Positions 30,815 through 40,132 of a DNA stretch of 64,000 bases are shown in pieces (positions within the stretch are counted from its first letter, which is position 1; the number at the start of each line of letters is the position of its first letter). The notes below the pieces were generated by a model that saw nothing but the letters and a program-made list of their open reading frames with translations, was not told the origin of the DNA and searched no databases. This stretch comes from Candidatus Latescibacterota bacterium (GTDB lineage Bacteria > Latescibacterota > UBA2968), in contig OZ240241.1 of the NCBI GenBank assembly GCA_965198115.1, forward strand, positions 3,072,001 to 3,136,000, in the 5' to 3' direction. A program made the translations under genes and the position numbers.

Positions 30815-31683
30815 ATGATCAACATTGGGATTGTTGGTGCGGAGAACAGTCACACGGTGGCTATTGCACGCATTTTAAACATCCAGAAAAGGTGCCCGGA
30901 TTCAGGCTGACGACGGTGTGGGGAGAATCACGACGCTATGCGATCGATGCGAGCGAACGGGGTGAGATTCCGACCATCGTGAGGGATCCCGCCGATATGA
31001 TCGGCTAGGTCGATGCGGCCATCGTCGACCACAGGCACGCCAAATACCATCTTCCCGCGGTCAAGCCGTTGCTCGAAGCGAAGATCCCTCTGTTCGTCGA
31101 CAAACCCTTTTGTTATCGCGTCGCCGAAGGCAAAGCCTTCCTCGCACGTGCGAAGCGACTGCGGGTGCCCGTCACGTCGTTCTCGGTCCTTCCAAAGCAG
31201 AAAGCGTTCGCCGATCTGAACCGGCAAGTCAAGAAGGTCGGTAGCATCCAATCGGTCGTATCGACAGGACCGTGCGACATCCGATCGAAACACGGAGGTG
31301 TCTTCTTCTACGGAGTCCACTAGGTCGATATGGTCGTCCGCCTTCTGAACCACGACGTGACACACGCAGAAATCCACCGGCACAAGATCAATCACTCGGC
31401 CACGTTTTACTCAGGGTCCGGCGCCGTCTCGACGCTGAACCTGATCAACGAAGGTCGCCCAGCCTTTCACGTTTCCGTCATTGGCGGCAAGGGGCGTGTC
31501 GACGCCGAGATCGCTTATGACGGCAACCCCTATCTGACGGGTGTACGCACATTTTGCAGGATGTTCAGAACGGGAAAAAACGACGAGACGCCGACGACGA
31601 TCTTGACACCCATCGCGGCGATGCAGGCGATGGAAAGATCTCTGAAGACTCGGAAGCGGGTGAAGCTGCCATCGATTGATTGA
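30815..31683 (+). pseudogene. Gfo/Idh/MocA oxidoreductase with two in-frame TAGs (31006, 31321) and a homopolymer frameshift near 30890
   Basis: MINIGIVGAENSH, DHRH, FVDKPF, FFYGVH; AGGAG RBS. Confidence 0.8.
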
Positions 31684-31696
31684 GTTGAAGGATCTC

Positions 31697-31722
31697 GTAG
31701 GGCCACGGCACACCGTGGCCCT
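31697..31722. repeat. GTAG-type REP-like hairpin
   Basis: GTAGGGCCACGG-CACA-CCGTGGCCCT. Confidence 0.55.
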
Positions 31723-31735
31723 CCTCAATAGATGA

Positions 31736-31769
31736 AAAAGAGGGCGATCTAGGTCGCCCTCTCTCTTTT
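31736..31769. terminator. Bidirectional terminator between convergent genes
   Basis: AAAAGAGGGCGATC-TA-GGTCGCCCTCT..TTTT. Confidence 0.65.
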
Positions 31770-31783
31770 ACGTGGGCGGCTTG

Positions 31784-32416
31784 CTAGTCGCGGTCGGCTG
31801 GTGCGACCGGCGTCATTCCGAGTCGTTCGTAGAAGTTGGCCTCGGTGGGCACGTAAAGGGGAACACTCTCGGCATCGAACAAGAGATGGTGTGTGGGTGA
31901 GAAGCGGAGCCCTTTTGCCCTGGCGCGCGAAGACAGCTTGAGGATATGGCCCGCGCTGCCCGTCGCCGTCAACAAAGCGACGGCAAAAACCTTGGGCTTG
32001 GTGAAATAGAGGTCGAACGGGACATCGTTGAACACGAAACGCGCCCGATCCGGACCCCACGCAACGACCGTGTCCGCCCGCTTTTCGATCACCTGTCTGA
32101 GACGCCCCCGAGGGCTGGTTTCGGGCGCCATAGTGTCATCGGGCACGGTCGACGCGCACAAAACGACATCGACGTCGTGCACCTCTTCCTTTCGCCGCCG
32201 TAAACTACCCGCGACACGGCAGTAGGACTGCCCATCGCTGTCCCTTGTGCTGAACTTGAGCAAGATGGGTTTGATTCTGCTGGCCGCGTGAATCGCCCGT
32301 GCGCGACTGTAGGCCGGTTCGATCGCGTCGACGACGCCGGGCAAGCTGACCTGGCTGGCCCCTGTCCCTTTGACCGAATCCAAGTCACGTGCTCCCGATA
32401 GTTTTGTCACAAGCAT
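31784..32416 (-). CDS. Minimal family-X DNA polymerase-like nucleotidyltransferase (palm and thumb only)
   Basis: VAGSLRRRKEEVHDVDVV, PFDLY, ATGSAGH, TEANFYERLG..P..R. Confidence 0.8.
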   Translation of the reverse strand: MLVTKLSGARDLDSVKGTGASQVSLPGVVDAIEPAYSRARAIHAASRIKPILLKFSTRDSDGQSYCRVAGSLRRRKEEVHDVDVVLCASTVPDDTMAPETSPRGRLRQVIEKRADTVVAWGPDRARFVFNDVPFDLYFTKPKVFAVALLTATGSAGHILKLSSRARAKGLRFSPTHHLLFDAESVPLYVPTEANFYERLGMTPVAPADRD

Positions 32417-32447
32417 ACCGAAAACATACTGAACATATGTATAGCAT

Positions 32448-34437
32448 TCAAGGCCTCGCCTGCCTACCTACCGCTCGACGCGCGGATCTTCGATAGCCAT
32501 CCTCTTTGGTCCATCGCTCCAAGAAATCGGTGTACGCCCTCCTGGCGTCCTCCCTCCTCCCTGCCCGATCGAACAGACGTGCCGTCCGGTAGCGGGCCAT
32601 CGCCCCTCTTTCCGATCGATCCCTTGCTCCCAGTTCGAACGCCTGAATCGCTTCGATGATCCGACCCATCCGTTCCAGTTCGACACCCAGGTTGAAGGCG
32701 GCCTGATAAGCCATCCGGTTACGGGCGAGGAGACGCCGGTAGGTCACAAGCAACGAATCCGTCTCTCCTGTCGCACGATATAGACCAGCCAGCTCGATGG
32801 CAGCATCTTCGTGGGATGGGTCGAGTGTGAGGGCTCGTCCAAGTGATGCCTCCGCCTCATGCGCGAGACCCGCCCGGTTCTGCGCCACACCGTAGTTGTA
32901 CCACGCCTCGACGCGATCAGGATCGGTCTCGACTGCCAGGCTCAGATCTCGAATCGCCGAGCGACTGTCACCGATCCGTGCGGCCACGATTCCCCTGTTC
33001 ACGAGTGCACTGACGTGTGCCTCATCCAGCTGAAGCACAACATCGAAGGCCCGACGTGCCTTCGCCAGGTGACCCATATCTTGCAGGAGCACACCACGGT
33101 TGTAGTGAGCGTCGACATAACCGGGGTGGATCGACAGAGCACGCTCGTAGGCCCCCATCGCCGCGACCTTGTCTCCGCTGTCGCTGAGTACGTTCCCGAG
33201 GTTGAGATGGACCTTGGCACTGCCAGGTGACGTTACGCTGGCAGCGGTGAAAAGCGTTAGGTCATCCCGCCACTCTGTGTTCCTGACAGCGGTGCGTGCC
33301 CCGAGGGCGACGGAGACCACCAGGACGACCAACCACGCTGGACAAATTCCCGCAAGCCGGCGACGGAGCGGGTCATACGCACTCCCTGCCACGGTGCAGA
33401 TACCGACCATAGGGAGATACAGGAGTCGTTCCGCGAAGTTGGTCCCGACGGGAAACGCCAGATTCGTAAGCGGCAGAAGCGCCACAAGGAAGATCACGAT
33501 CCCGAAGCCATCGGACCGGGTCCAGCGGCGTCTCAGGAGGATTATCGATCCGAGGACCAACGTCAACCCGCAGACGAACCAGACATCGAAGGGATCCGAC
33601 AGGGCCGGAATCTGGTTGTAGGTGTAGTCGGGTGACAGGTGAACGGGAACCAGGACCAGACCCACGTATCGGGCGATCAACGCGATCGCCGTCAGCCCTC
33701 TCGACATTGCGGAGACGGTGGCCAGCGGATTGTCGACCAGTCGTGGACGCTCAGGCAAACCGATCGAGCCGACGACAGACGCCCGAAACACCAGAAACGC
33801 GATGGTCACGATCAGGTAGGGCAAGTAGCGTCGCCAGCGTAGCACGACCGCCCGTGCGGTGTGGGCACGCGCAGCATCCTCGACGATCAACACCGCTAAC
33901 AGAACGAGGGCACTCTCCTTCGAGAGCAGAGCGGCAGCGAATACCAGGACCGACCCGATACGGCGGCTCCGGTCTGCGATACAGCCACCACGCAATCAGA
34001 ACCAACAACGTGACGAGAATGTCCGCGCGTCCGACGATGCCGTTGACTGCTTCGGTCTGAACCGGATGCAGGGCGAAGATCAGGGCCGCCGCCGTAGCTC
34101 CCCCATCGCCGACCCAGCCACGCACGATCACGAAGAGCATCACCGCCGTCAGCAGATGCAGCCCGACGTTGACGGCGTGGAATCCAAGAGGTCCCGGACC
34201 GGTGAGCAACCGGTTCAGCGCATACGTCGTCGTCGTAACGGGGCGGTAGAGACCATACCGCCATCCACCAGGCCAGTAGGGAGATGTCCAGATTTCTGCG
34301 AGGTCGAACGATTCTACCGCGGGGTTCCGTTCGACGATGGCGTGGTCGTCGAACGTAAAGGCGTTCTGCAGACTGTTCGCGTAGACCGCTCCCCCGACGA
34401 CCAGAATCAGCAGCGCTGCACGAATCGTGGGGGACAT
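32448..34437 (-). CDS. TMTC-like membrane glycosyltransferase (GT-C, DUF1736-like) with C-terminal TPRs; frameshift near 33960
   Basis: AFTFDDHAIVERNP, YRPVTT, HPVQTEAV..IVGRAD, LSKESA, AERLLYLP, then TPRs; split between ORFs 33751-34437 and 32448-33995. Confidence 0.85.
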
Positions 34438-34446
34438 CGTCCGGAG

Positions 34447-35199
34447 CTATTGATGGAAAGGACTGGCCGCAGTCGAGAACGTGACACGACCGAAGTCATC
34501 CGGCGCGTGGAACTGGAGATGGTCGGTCCGGCTTGGTGACCACTGGCTGTATTGGGGATTCGTCTTCCCGCCAAGGCGGTTGAGGTTCAGCCGCCACTCG
34601 TCTCCGAACTCGGGGGGCGTGTGTTTGGCCACGTGAGCAAAGTTTCCGAATGGAATGGCCGCCTCCAGAATCCAATACTCGTCTTGGTCGCTGTCGTCGT
34701 TGAGGGTACCAACGATGGACGTGGCGATCCGGATGCCCTCCCCGTTCCACTCCGCTTCGAGAGGCACACCCGGCCCTTCAGGGTGGAATTGGTCGAGGAA
34801 GATGCCCAAGACGTTCATTTCGATGTTGAAGTACATCTGCGGACGTTCCGGATCGGGAGCGGTGAAAACCTCGACCGTGTCGTCGAGCCACACTTCGCTA
34901 TCTCGTTCCGTATGCTCGGCGTGGATGTGAGCGTCTTCACAGATGAACGCAGCGTAAAGGTGGTCGTCATCCCACAGAAGCTTCGCAACCGTCTGCTCTT
35001 TCTTTCCAGACTCGTACCAGGGAAAGACGAAGGCGCCTACCTTGGGCGCCCCCACCCACGCGGGCTCATCAAGCCGCCCATCGATGGTGATCGGCGTGCC
35101 CGCACGATGAATCGTGTATGTCGGCTCGACCGTCTCAGCCACGCTCTCTCCAAGGATTGCGATGATGGCGCCCGCCAGCAGCACGAAGACCCTCGCCAT
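34447..35199 (-). CDS. Secreted CBM9-like (carbohydrate-binding family 9-like) protein
   Basis: Signal peptide; IDGRLDEPAW, LWDDDHLY, DDTVEVF, WRLNLNR, FHAPDDFG. Confidence 0.85.
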   Translation of the reverse strand: MARVFVLLAGAIIAILGESVAETVEPTYTIHRAGTPITIDGRLDEPAWVGAPKVGAFVFPWYESGKKEQTVAKLLWDDDHLYAAFICEDAHIHAEHTERDSEVWLDDTVEVFTAPDPERPQMYFNIEMNVLGIFLDQFHPEGPGVPLEAEWNGEGIRIATSIVGTLNDDSDQDEYWILEAAIPFGNFAHVAKHTPPEFGDEWRLNLNRLGGKTNPQYSQWSPSRTDHLQFHAPDDFGRVTFSTAASPFHQ

Positions 35200-35244
35200 C
35201 AGCCCTCGCCCAATTCTCTATCTTCGATTCTCGATCCTCGATAT

Positions 35245-36654
35245 CTAGTCCGCGCTCTGGGCAATCGGTTCACCTTCGGATTGCAAATACCGCTCGTGCC
35301 CCTCGACCCACGGAAACTGAAAGTACTCGTCCATCGCCTCGTTCCCGGGTTGCGCCAGCAGATCCTCCAACGCCGCGTAGGCCTGTGTGTAGGAGCGTGT
35401 CTGATGGTTGTTCAACGCGCTCCAGAGGAGCATACTCTTGTCCCCCGACCTGTAGGCTTCGATCCCGTGTTCCATCTCGAGAATGGTCGGCAACAGTTGC
35501 TCCAACATAATCTTCTTCGGCAACGCCCCCACGTTCACCGGCTGGATGCCCTTTTTATTGATGATCGCCGGGACCTCCACGACCACGTCGTCGTCGATAC
35601 CTTCGATTGCGCCGCGGTTCGGCACGTTCACCTGGAACTGACCTTCGACGTCGTTGGTGAGCGCATCGATAATCGGTACCTGCTGTTCCCTCGTCCTCTC
35701 GTTTCCGAAAACCTCGGTCAGCTGCGCGTTCGGGTCGGTTGCCGCATCGCGAATCTGCGCGAGACGCGTGTCCAGCTTCTCCACGTGGACGGGTCTGGCA
35801 AGATGCGTATCCGGGCCACCCCAGGGCTCCCCATACCAGAACTTTTTGGTCCCGATGTCGGAGTGATACCACCAGCCTCCCAACCTCGGGGAATCGCCGA
35901 TCGGCATCAGTCCGTAGAGTCGATACTGATGAATCGCGCCACGGGACATCTGGATGTCGTGAGTTCGGTCGGCGACGTGCGTTTGCCAGTAGTGCTCGCC
36001 TTCATCCTCGATCCACTTCTCGAGCAACGGATACGCGTCTTCCCCATCGTAGAGGAAATGCGTCATCCAGATGCAGTGATTCACGCCCGGCGCCTGGAAG
36101 CCGACTCGCTCCGGCTCCAGACCGAGGACGTGAGCTACGTGCAGGTATCCGTAATGGCCGTGGCAGAGCCCGCACACTTTCACTTCCGTCTCCCGCGTCA
36201 TCAACGTGCAGCCGTCGAACACGGGGTTCCCCGATTGAATCAGCCAGGCATCCGGACAGATCCGCTCGATGTCGCGGGCCACATCCAGCATCAAGTTGAA
36301 GTTGTAGAAGCTGTTGCTCGCCGGCGCCCGGTAATAGTAGCCGTGGCGGGCGTAGACCTCTCGCATATCAGCCTGATGATAGTGACTCTGGACCGCCGCC
36401 GTGTTGATCACGAAGTCGCAGTCTGATAGGCAGGCCGCGCGGTCGGTCGTCCGATCGAAGCGCAGATCCGAGCCGATCTCGGCTGTGTAACGCTCCGCCA
36501 TCCGCGTTACCGCATCCAGTCGATCGGCGTCGATGTCCATGAACGAAACTTCACTGCCTTTGAGGTTTTCCGTCAAACAAAGGTCCTTGACGAGCCCCAG
36601 CGAAAAGGTCGCACTTCCGGCACCGATCACACCGATTCTGACTGAACGAGGCAT
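35245..36654 (-). CDS. Glycoside hydrolase family 4 (NAD/Mn-dependent alpha-glucosidase/galactosidase/glucuronidase-like)
   Basis: IGAGSATFS, QSGNP, GLCHGH, GVNHCIW, PIGD. Confidence 0.9.
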   Translation of the reverse strand: MPRSVRIGVIGAGSATFSLGLVKDLCLTENLKGSEVSFMDIDADRLDAVTRMAERYTAEIGSDLRFDRTTDRAACLSDCDFVINTAAVQSHYHQADMREVYARHGYYYRAPASNSFYNFNLMLDVARDIERICPDAWLIQSGNPVFDGCTLMTRETEVKVCGLCHGHYGYLHVAHVLGLEPERVGFQAPGVNHCIWMTHFLYDGEDAYPLLEKWIEDEGEHYWQTHVADRTHDIQMSRGAIHQYRLYGLMPIGDSPRLGGWWYHSDIGTKKFWYGEPWGGPDTHLARPVHVEKLDTRLAQIRDAATDPNAQLTEVFGNERTREQQVPIIDALTNDVEGQFQVNVPNRGAIEGIDDDVVVEVPAIINKKGIQPVNVGALPKKIMLEQLLPTILEMEHGIEAYRSGDKSMLLWSALNNHQTRSYTQAYAALEDLLAQPGNEAMDEYFQFPWVEGHERYLQSEGEPIAQSAD

Positions 36655-36874
36655 CGTATCCTCCTATCGTGTCTCACAGGGCGCACAAGAAAGCTGCACG
36701 TCTACGTTACATCGACGTACGAACTCGATGAAGCCCGAACCTTCGACCATCGCTCCCTACAAGCAAATCGAAAGGTAACCCCTTGAAGTCGGACGGTCCG
36801 AGTGGCTCAAATTAGCGTTAGCGACCGCTCACTGTCAAAGGATCTCCCGCGGGCGAAGCCTCACCACCCTGTCG

Positions 36875-36921
36875 TTGACAATACCCACAAGCTCGTATAA
36901 AAATAAGACGTTGTATACCAG
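36875..36921 (+). promoter_or_regulatory. Putative promoter with GntR/FadR-like operator
   Basis: TTGACA at 36875, A/T-rich -10 near 36896-36903, TTGTATACCA at 36911-36920. Confidence 0.5.
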
Positions 36922-36945
36922 TTCGGTTTGTGACGCGGAGGTTGT

Positions 36946-37761
36946 GTGGGTCGTTTCACCATCGGCACGCTCGAAAGCGTGCTCAAAACGGATTGGGTGG
37001 ATGTGTTTCCAGTCGCCCGATCGATCGGTTTCGAGTGCGTCGAGCTCGGTGTGCGTGGAGATGACTACCTTCGCACCGAGCTCTGGAGCCCCGAGGGTCT
37101 CGACGCGCTGAAAGCCAGGTCCGACCGGGCGAACGTGCCGATCGCATCCGTCTGCCTTCACACCTTCTGGAAATACACATTCGCCGACGGAAACGTCGCT
37201 CATCGAACCACGGCCAAACAGATCGCGTTCCAGGCTTTCAACGCGTGTCGTGCACTCGACGCCGGCGTCATACTCGTACCGCTGACGAACCCGTATCGGC
37301 TGTCGTCCGAGCAGGCCGCACACCGGTGGTCGCTCGAAACCCGGGCCATCGCCGATGGTGCTGGAAGGGCGGGCATCAAGATCGCCCTGGAGGTCGTCGG
37401 CGGAAGCCACGTCATTGGCGGAGACGAGGTGATGGAACTTCTGGCGGCGATCGATCATCCGTTCGTCGGCGTCTACTTTGACTTCGGGAACGCGATGACC
37501 CTGGGCAGCGATCCCGTGAAAGACATCGGCATCCTTGGGGAACGAATTCTCCAGGTCCACGTCAAGGATCCTAAACGCGACCGCTCACCGTGCTATCTGG
37601 GTGAGGGCGACGTCGATCTTGCGGGATGCTTGAAAGCGCTGGTCGACATCGATTACAGCGGGCCGCTCGTCTTCGAAACACCCACCCTGTCAAACGCGCG
37701 AGACACGGCGGAACGCAACCTGAAGACGCTGCGCAAGTTCATTGAAGAGGCTGGAGCGTAA
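36946..37761 (+). CDS. Sugar phosphate isomerase/epimerase (AP_endonuc_2 TIM barrel)
   Basis: IALEV, YFDFGN, VHVKD, LGEGDVD, VFET; GGAGG RBS. Confidence 0.88.
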   Translation: MGRFTIGTLESVLKTDWVDVFPVARSIGFECVELGVRGDDYLRTELWSPEGLDALKARSDRANVPIASVCLHTFWKYTFADGNVAHRTTAKQIAFQAFNACRALDAGVILVPLTNPYRLSSEQAAHRWSLETRAIADGAGRAGIKIALEVVGGSHVIGGDEVMELLAAIDHPFVGVYFDFGNAMTLGSDPVKDIGILGERILQVHVKDPKRDRSPCYLGEGDVDLAGCLKALVDIDYSGPLVFETPTLSNARDTAERNLKTLRKFIEEAGA

Positions 37762-37763
37762 AG

Positions 37764-38099
37764 ATGTTCATCGAGATCACCCTGCTGGCCATCATGATCG
37801 CCTGCATCGGCATCAAGTGGTTCAGTAGCATCACCCTGAAGGACCGACATACGAAGCTCGTCGAGGCGAACGACGAACTCGGTCGAGAGAAGGCACGCTA
37901 CAAGAATCTCGTGAGCGAGGTCAACATGGCCGACTACGAGATCCAGAAACTGCAGCGCAAAGTCCGAGCGACGGAACATAGGATCGGAAAGCTGACCAAG
38001 CTCCAGGGCAGCCTCCAGAACGAAGCGTCCAAGCAGGCTGCGGTCGATCAGCAGAAACAGAAAATCGCCGAGGAGGTGCGGAAAGCGCGAGAGGGATAG
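37764..38099 (+). CDS. Small membrane-anchored coiled-coil protein
   Basis: N-terminal hydrophobic helix followed by an E/K/Q/L heptad-rich region. Confidence 0.75.
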   Translation: MFIEITLLAIMIACIGIKWFSSITLKDRHTKLVEANDELGREKARYKNLVSEVNMADYEIQKLQRKVRATEHRIGKLTKLQGSLQNEASKQAAVDQQKQKIAEEVRKAREG

Positions 38100-38115
38100 C
38101 GACCCCCCACCGAGG

Positions 38116-38153
38116 CAAAACAAAAGGGCCGGCAGAGCTTTCCGCCGGCCCTT
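38116..38153. terminator. Rho-independent terminator (U-tract on the minus strand)
   Basis: AAGGGCCGGC/GCCGGCCCTT stem. Confidence 0.65.
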
Positions 38154-38378
38154 CACTTGTATGTTCGGCTCATGCTTTCATCCCGGTGGGTCCAGGACGC
38201 CGTCGTCCTCCCGACGGATGAAAAGAGCTTCCTTGCGGCGCCGCGAACCTCCCTGTGGACATACAAGCATTGAATGCACACACGACGAGCGAGCCCCATA
38301 CCCCCCCGCCGTGCGTGATTCAGATTGGTCAGTTTATCGTGATTTCATATGGATTATCGGCCTCGACCACCCCAATCT

Positions 38379-39134
38379 TTAATCCGCTTCCCGGGCCCCT
38401 TCCCTCACCCAGGTGGATGCCAAGCCGTAAAGGACCAGGTCCTCCATCACGTCGTAGTCGCCATCGAGATAAGGCAACAGACAGGCCGCATCGCCCCCCG
38501 TCAAAATCCGTCGGGCGCCTGCCCCCCCCCACGCCTGGGAGACGATTTTCTCGATCGTCCCGGAAGCCCCGAACATCAGGCCTGCTCGGATGCTGTCTTC
38601 GGTCGTCGCCGGCGGAACAGACGAGGGCGGACCGGGTTCGACATCGGGAAGCAGGCTCGTTTCAGCGTGCAAGGATCCGGCCGCCAACCAGAGCCCGGGC
38701 GAAATCGTTCCCCCGACGAAGCGGCCATCACCCGTCACGAAATCGATCGTGATCGCTGTCCCGACCGTCACCAGAACCGTGGCCGCCTGTGTCCGGGCGT
38801 AGGCCTCACCGGCCGCGACCAGCCGATCGATACCGACCCGTTCCGGATGGGACACGTCTGCCGTCACTCCGATGGCCATAGAGGGCGTCGCCTCGACGAC
38901 ATTTTTGCCCGTGGACGCAACCGCATCACGTATCAGGTCGCCACAACCACGAACGACGGATGCTACGAAGATCGTCTGGGGCGTGTCGGACACCGTTTCC
39001 ATCAGCCAGCTCCCGAGCGCCCTGCTATCGCTCACACGACGGGTTGAGACCGCGTGTTTTTCGACCAGAGCAGTCTTCTCGAACAACCCCGCTTTGATGC
39101 GTGTGTTTCCGACGTCGATCGCGAGGATCCTCAC
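38379..39134 (-). CDS. coaX: Type III pantothenate kinase
   Basis: LAIDVGNTRIK, VGIDR, VGTAITID, GGTISPG, LTGGDA; GTG start overlaps the birA stop. Confidence 0.93.
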   Translation of the reverse strand: MRILAIDVGNTRIKAGLFEKTALVEKHAVSTRRVSDSRALGSWLMETVSDTPQTIFVASVVRGCGDLIRDAVASTGKNVVEATPSMAIGVTADVSHPERVGIDRLVAAGEAYARTQAATVLVTVGTAITIDFVTGDGRFVGGTISPGLWLAAGSLHAETSLLPDVEPGPPSSVPPATTEDSIRAGLMFGASGTIEKIVSQAWGGAGARRILTGGDAACLLPYLDGDYDVMEDLVLYGLASTWVREGAREAD

Positions 39135-40132
39135 GACTCCACCTCCCGCAAACGATGCAGATCGCCAGCGTGAATCGTACGCGTCGTACCATCGGACAAC
39201 TCGAGGACCAGTGCACCCGTCGTCGTCAGGCTTGCCATCCGGCCGATGATCGTCTCGTCCACCATCTCGACCCGGACACACTCTCCCCACCCGGCTGCAC
39301 GACGCTGCCACTCGGCAAGCAGGTTTTCCGGCTCGAGGGCGGTCACGGATTCCAAACGATTCAAGATTTCGCCAAGCAGATCGGACCGCTCGACGCGACA
39401 CCCTTCTACCCGCAAAGACGTGGCCGTCGTTCTGAGCTCGGGAGGAAAAGTCTCGACGTCCTGATGGACATTCACTCCCACACCGACGACCGCGACGGCG
39501 AGTCGATCACTCTCGGTCCTCGACTCTGTCAGAATCCCCGCAACCTTGCGACCCTCGATCTGCACATCGTTCGGCCACTTCAGATCGCACTCGACACCAA
39601 GAGACGCGATCGCTTCGGCAACAGCCACGCCGGCTCCGAGCGTTAACAGACCGGCTCGATCGATGGACCAGTCGGGTCGGAGCAGCACGGACAGCCAGAG
39701 GCCCGACCCCGGCGGGGAAAACCACGCCCTGCCCAGCCGGCCTCGCCCCGCCGTCTGGTGCTCGGCGGTCACCGTCGCTCCTGACGGCGCCCCCCTGCTC
39801 TCGAGTTGCCAGGCCTCGTCGTTCGTGGACGCCACTTGAAGGTGGCAGACGAGAGCCCGGCCGAGCGCGTCGGTCACGAGCAGCCGTCGCACACGATCCC
39901 GATCGATGGCGTCGACACCGTGACGCAATCGAACTCCGTTGACAGGATGAACCTCGACTTCGTAACCCAGACGGGTAAGTGCCTCGACCGACTGACTCAG
40001 ACTGTCCGCAAGGTCGTCCACGAACACCCCCGGGTGTCGGGCCAACCGCTCCAGCAACACGAACTCCGACGGGGAAGAAGCGTCCACCCTGTCCTCGCGC
40101 CCTCCCGAGCTGACATTGCCGCGACGGTTCAC
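39131..40132 (-). CDS. birA: Biotin-[acetyl-CoA-carboxylase] ligase
   Basis: STNDEA, QTAGRGRLGRAW, KWPND, KVAGIL, GVGVN. Confidence 0.95.
   Translation of the reverse strand: MNRRGNVSSGGREDRVDASSPSEFVLLERLARHPGVFVDDLADSLSQSVEALTRLGYEVEVHPVNGVRLRHGVDAIDRDRVRRLLVTDALGRALVCHLQVASTNDEAWQLESRGAPSGATVTAEHQTAGRGRLGRAWFSPPGSGLWLSVLLRPDWSIDRAGLLTLGAGVAVAEAIASLGVECDLKWPNDVQIEGRKVAGILTESRTESDRLAVAVVGVGVNVHQDVETFPPELRTTATSLRVEGCRVERSDLLGEILNRLESVTALEPENLLAEWQRRAAGWGECVRVEMVDETIIGRMASLTTTGALVLELSDGTTRTIHAGDLHRLREVES

Noticed and set aside
31006-31323. Pyrrolysine or genetic-code reassignment of TAG
   Set aside because: TAG terminates several genes in the window, no pyl genes are seen, both sites fit CCAGG to CTAGG, and the gene also has a frameshift.
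34552-36426. 624-aa plus-strand ORF, and similar ones at 6160-7443, 10456-12012, 13254-14408 and 45034-46608
   Set aside because: Antisense shadows of recognisable minus-strand genes.
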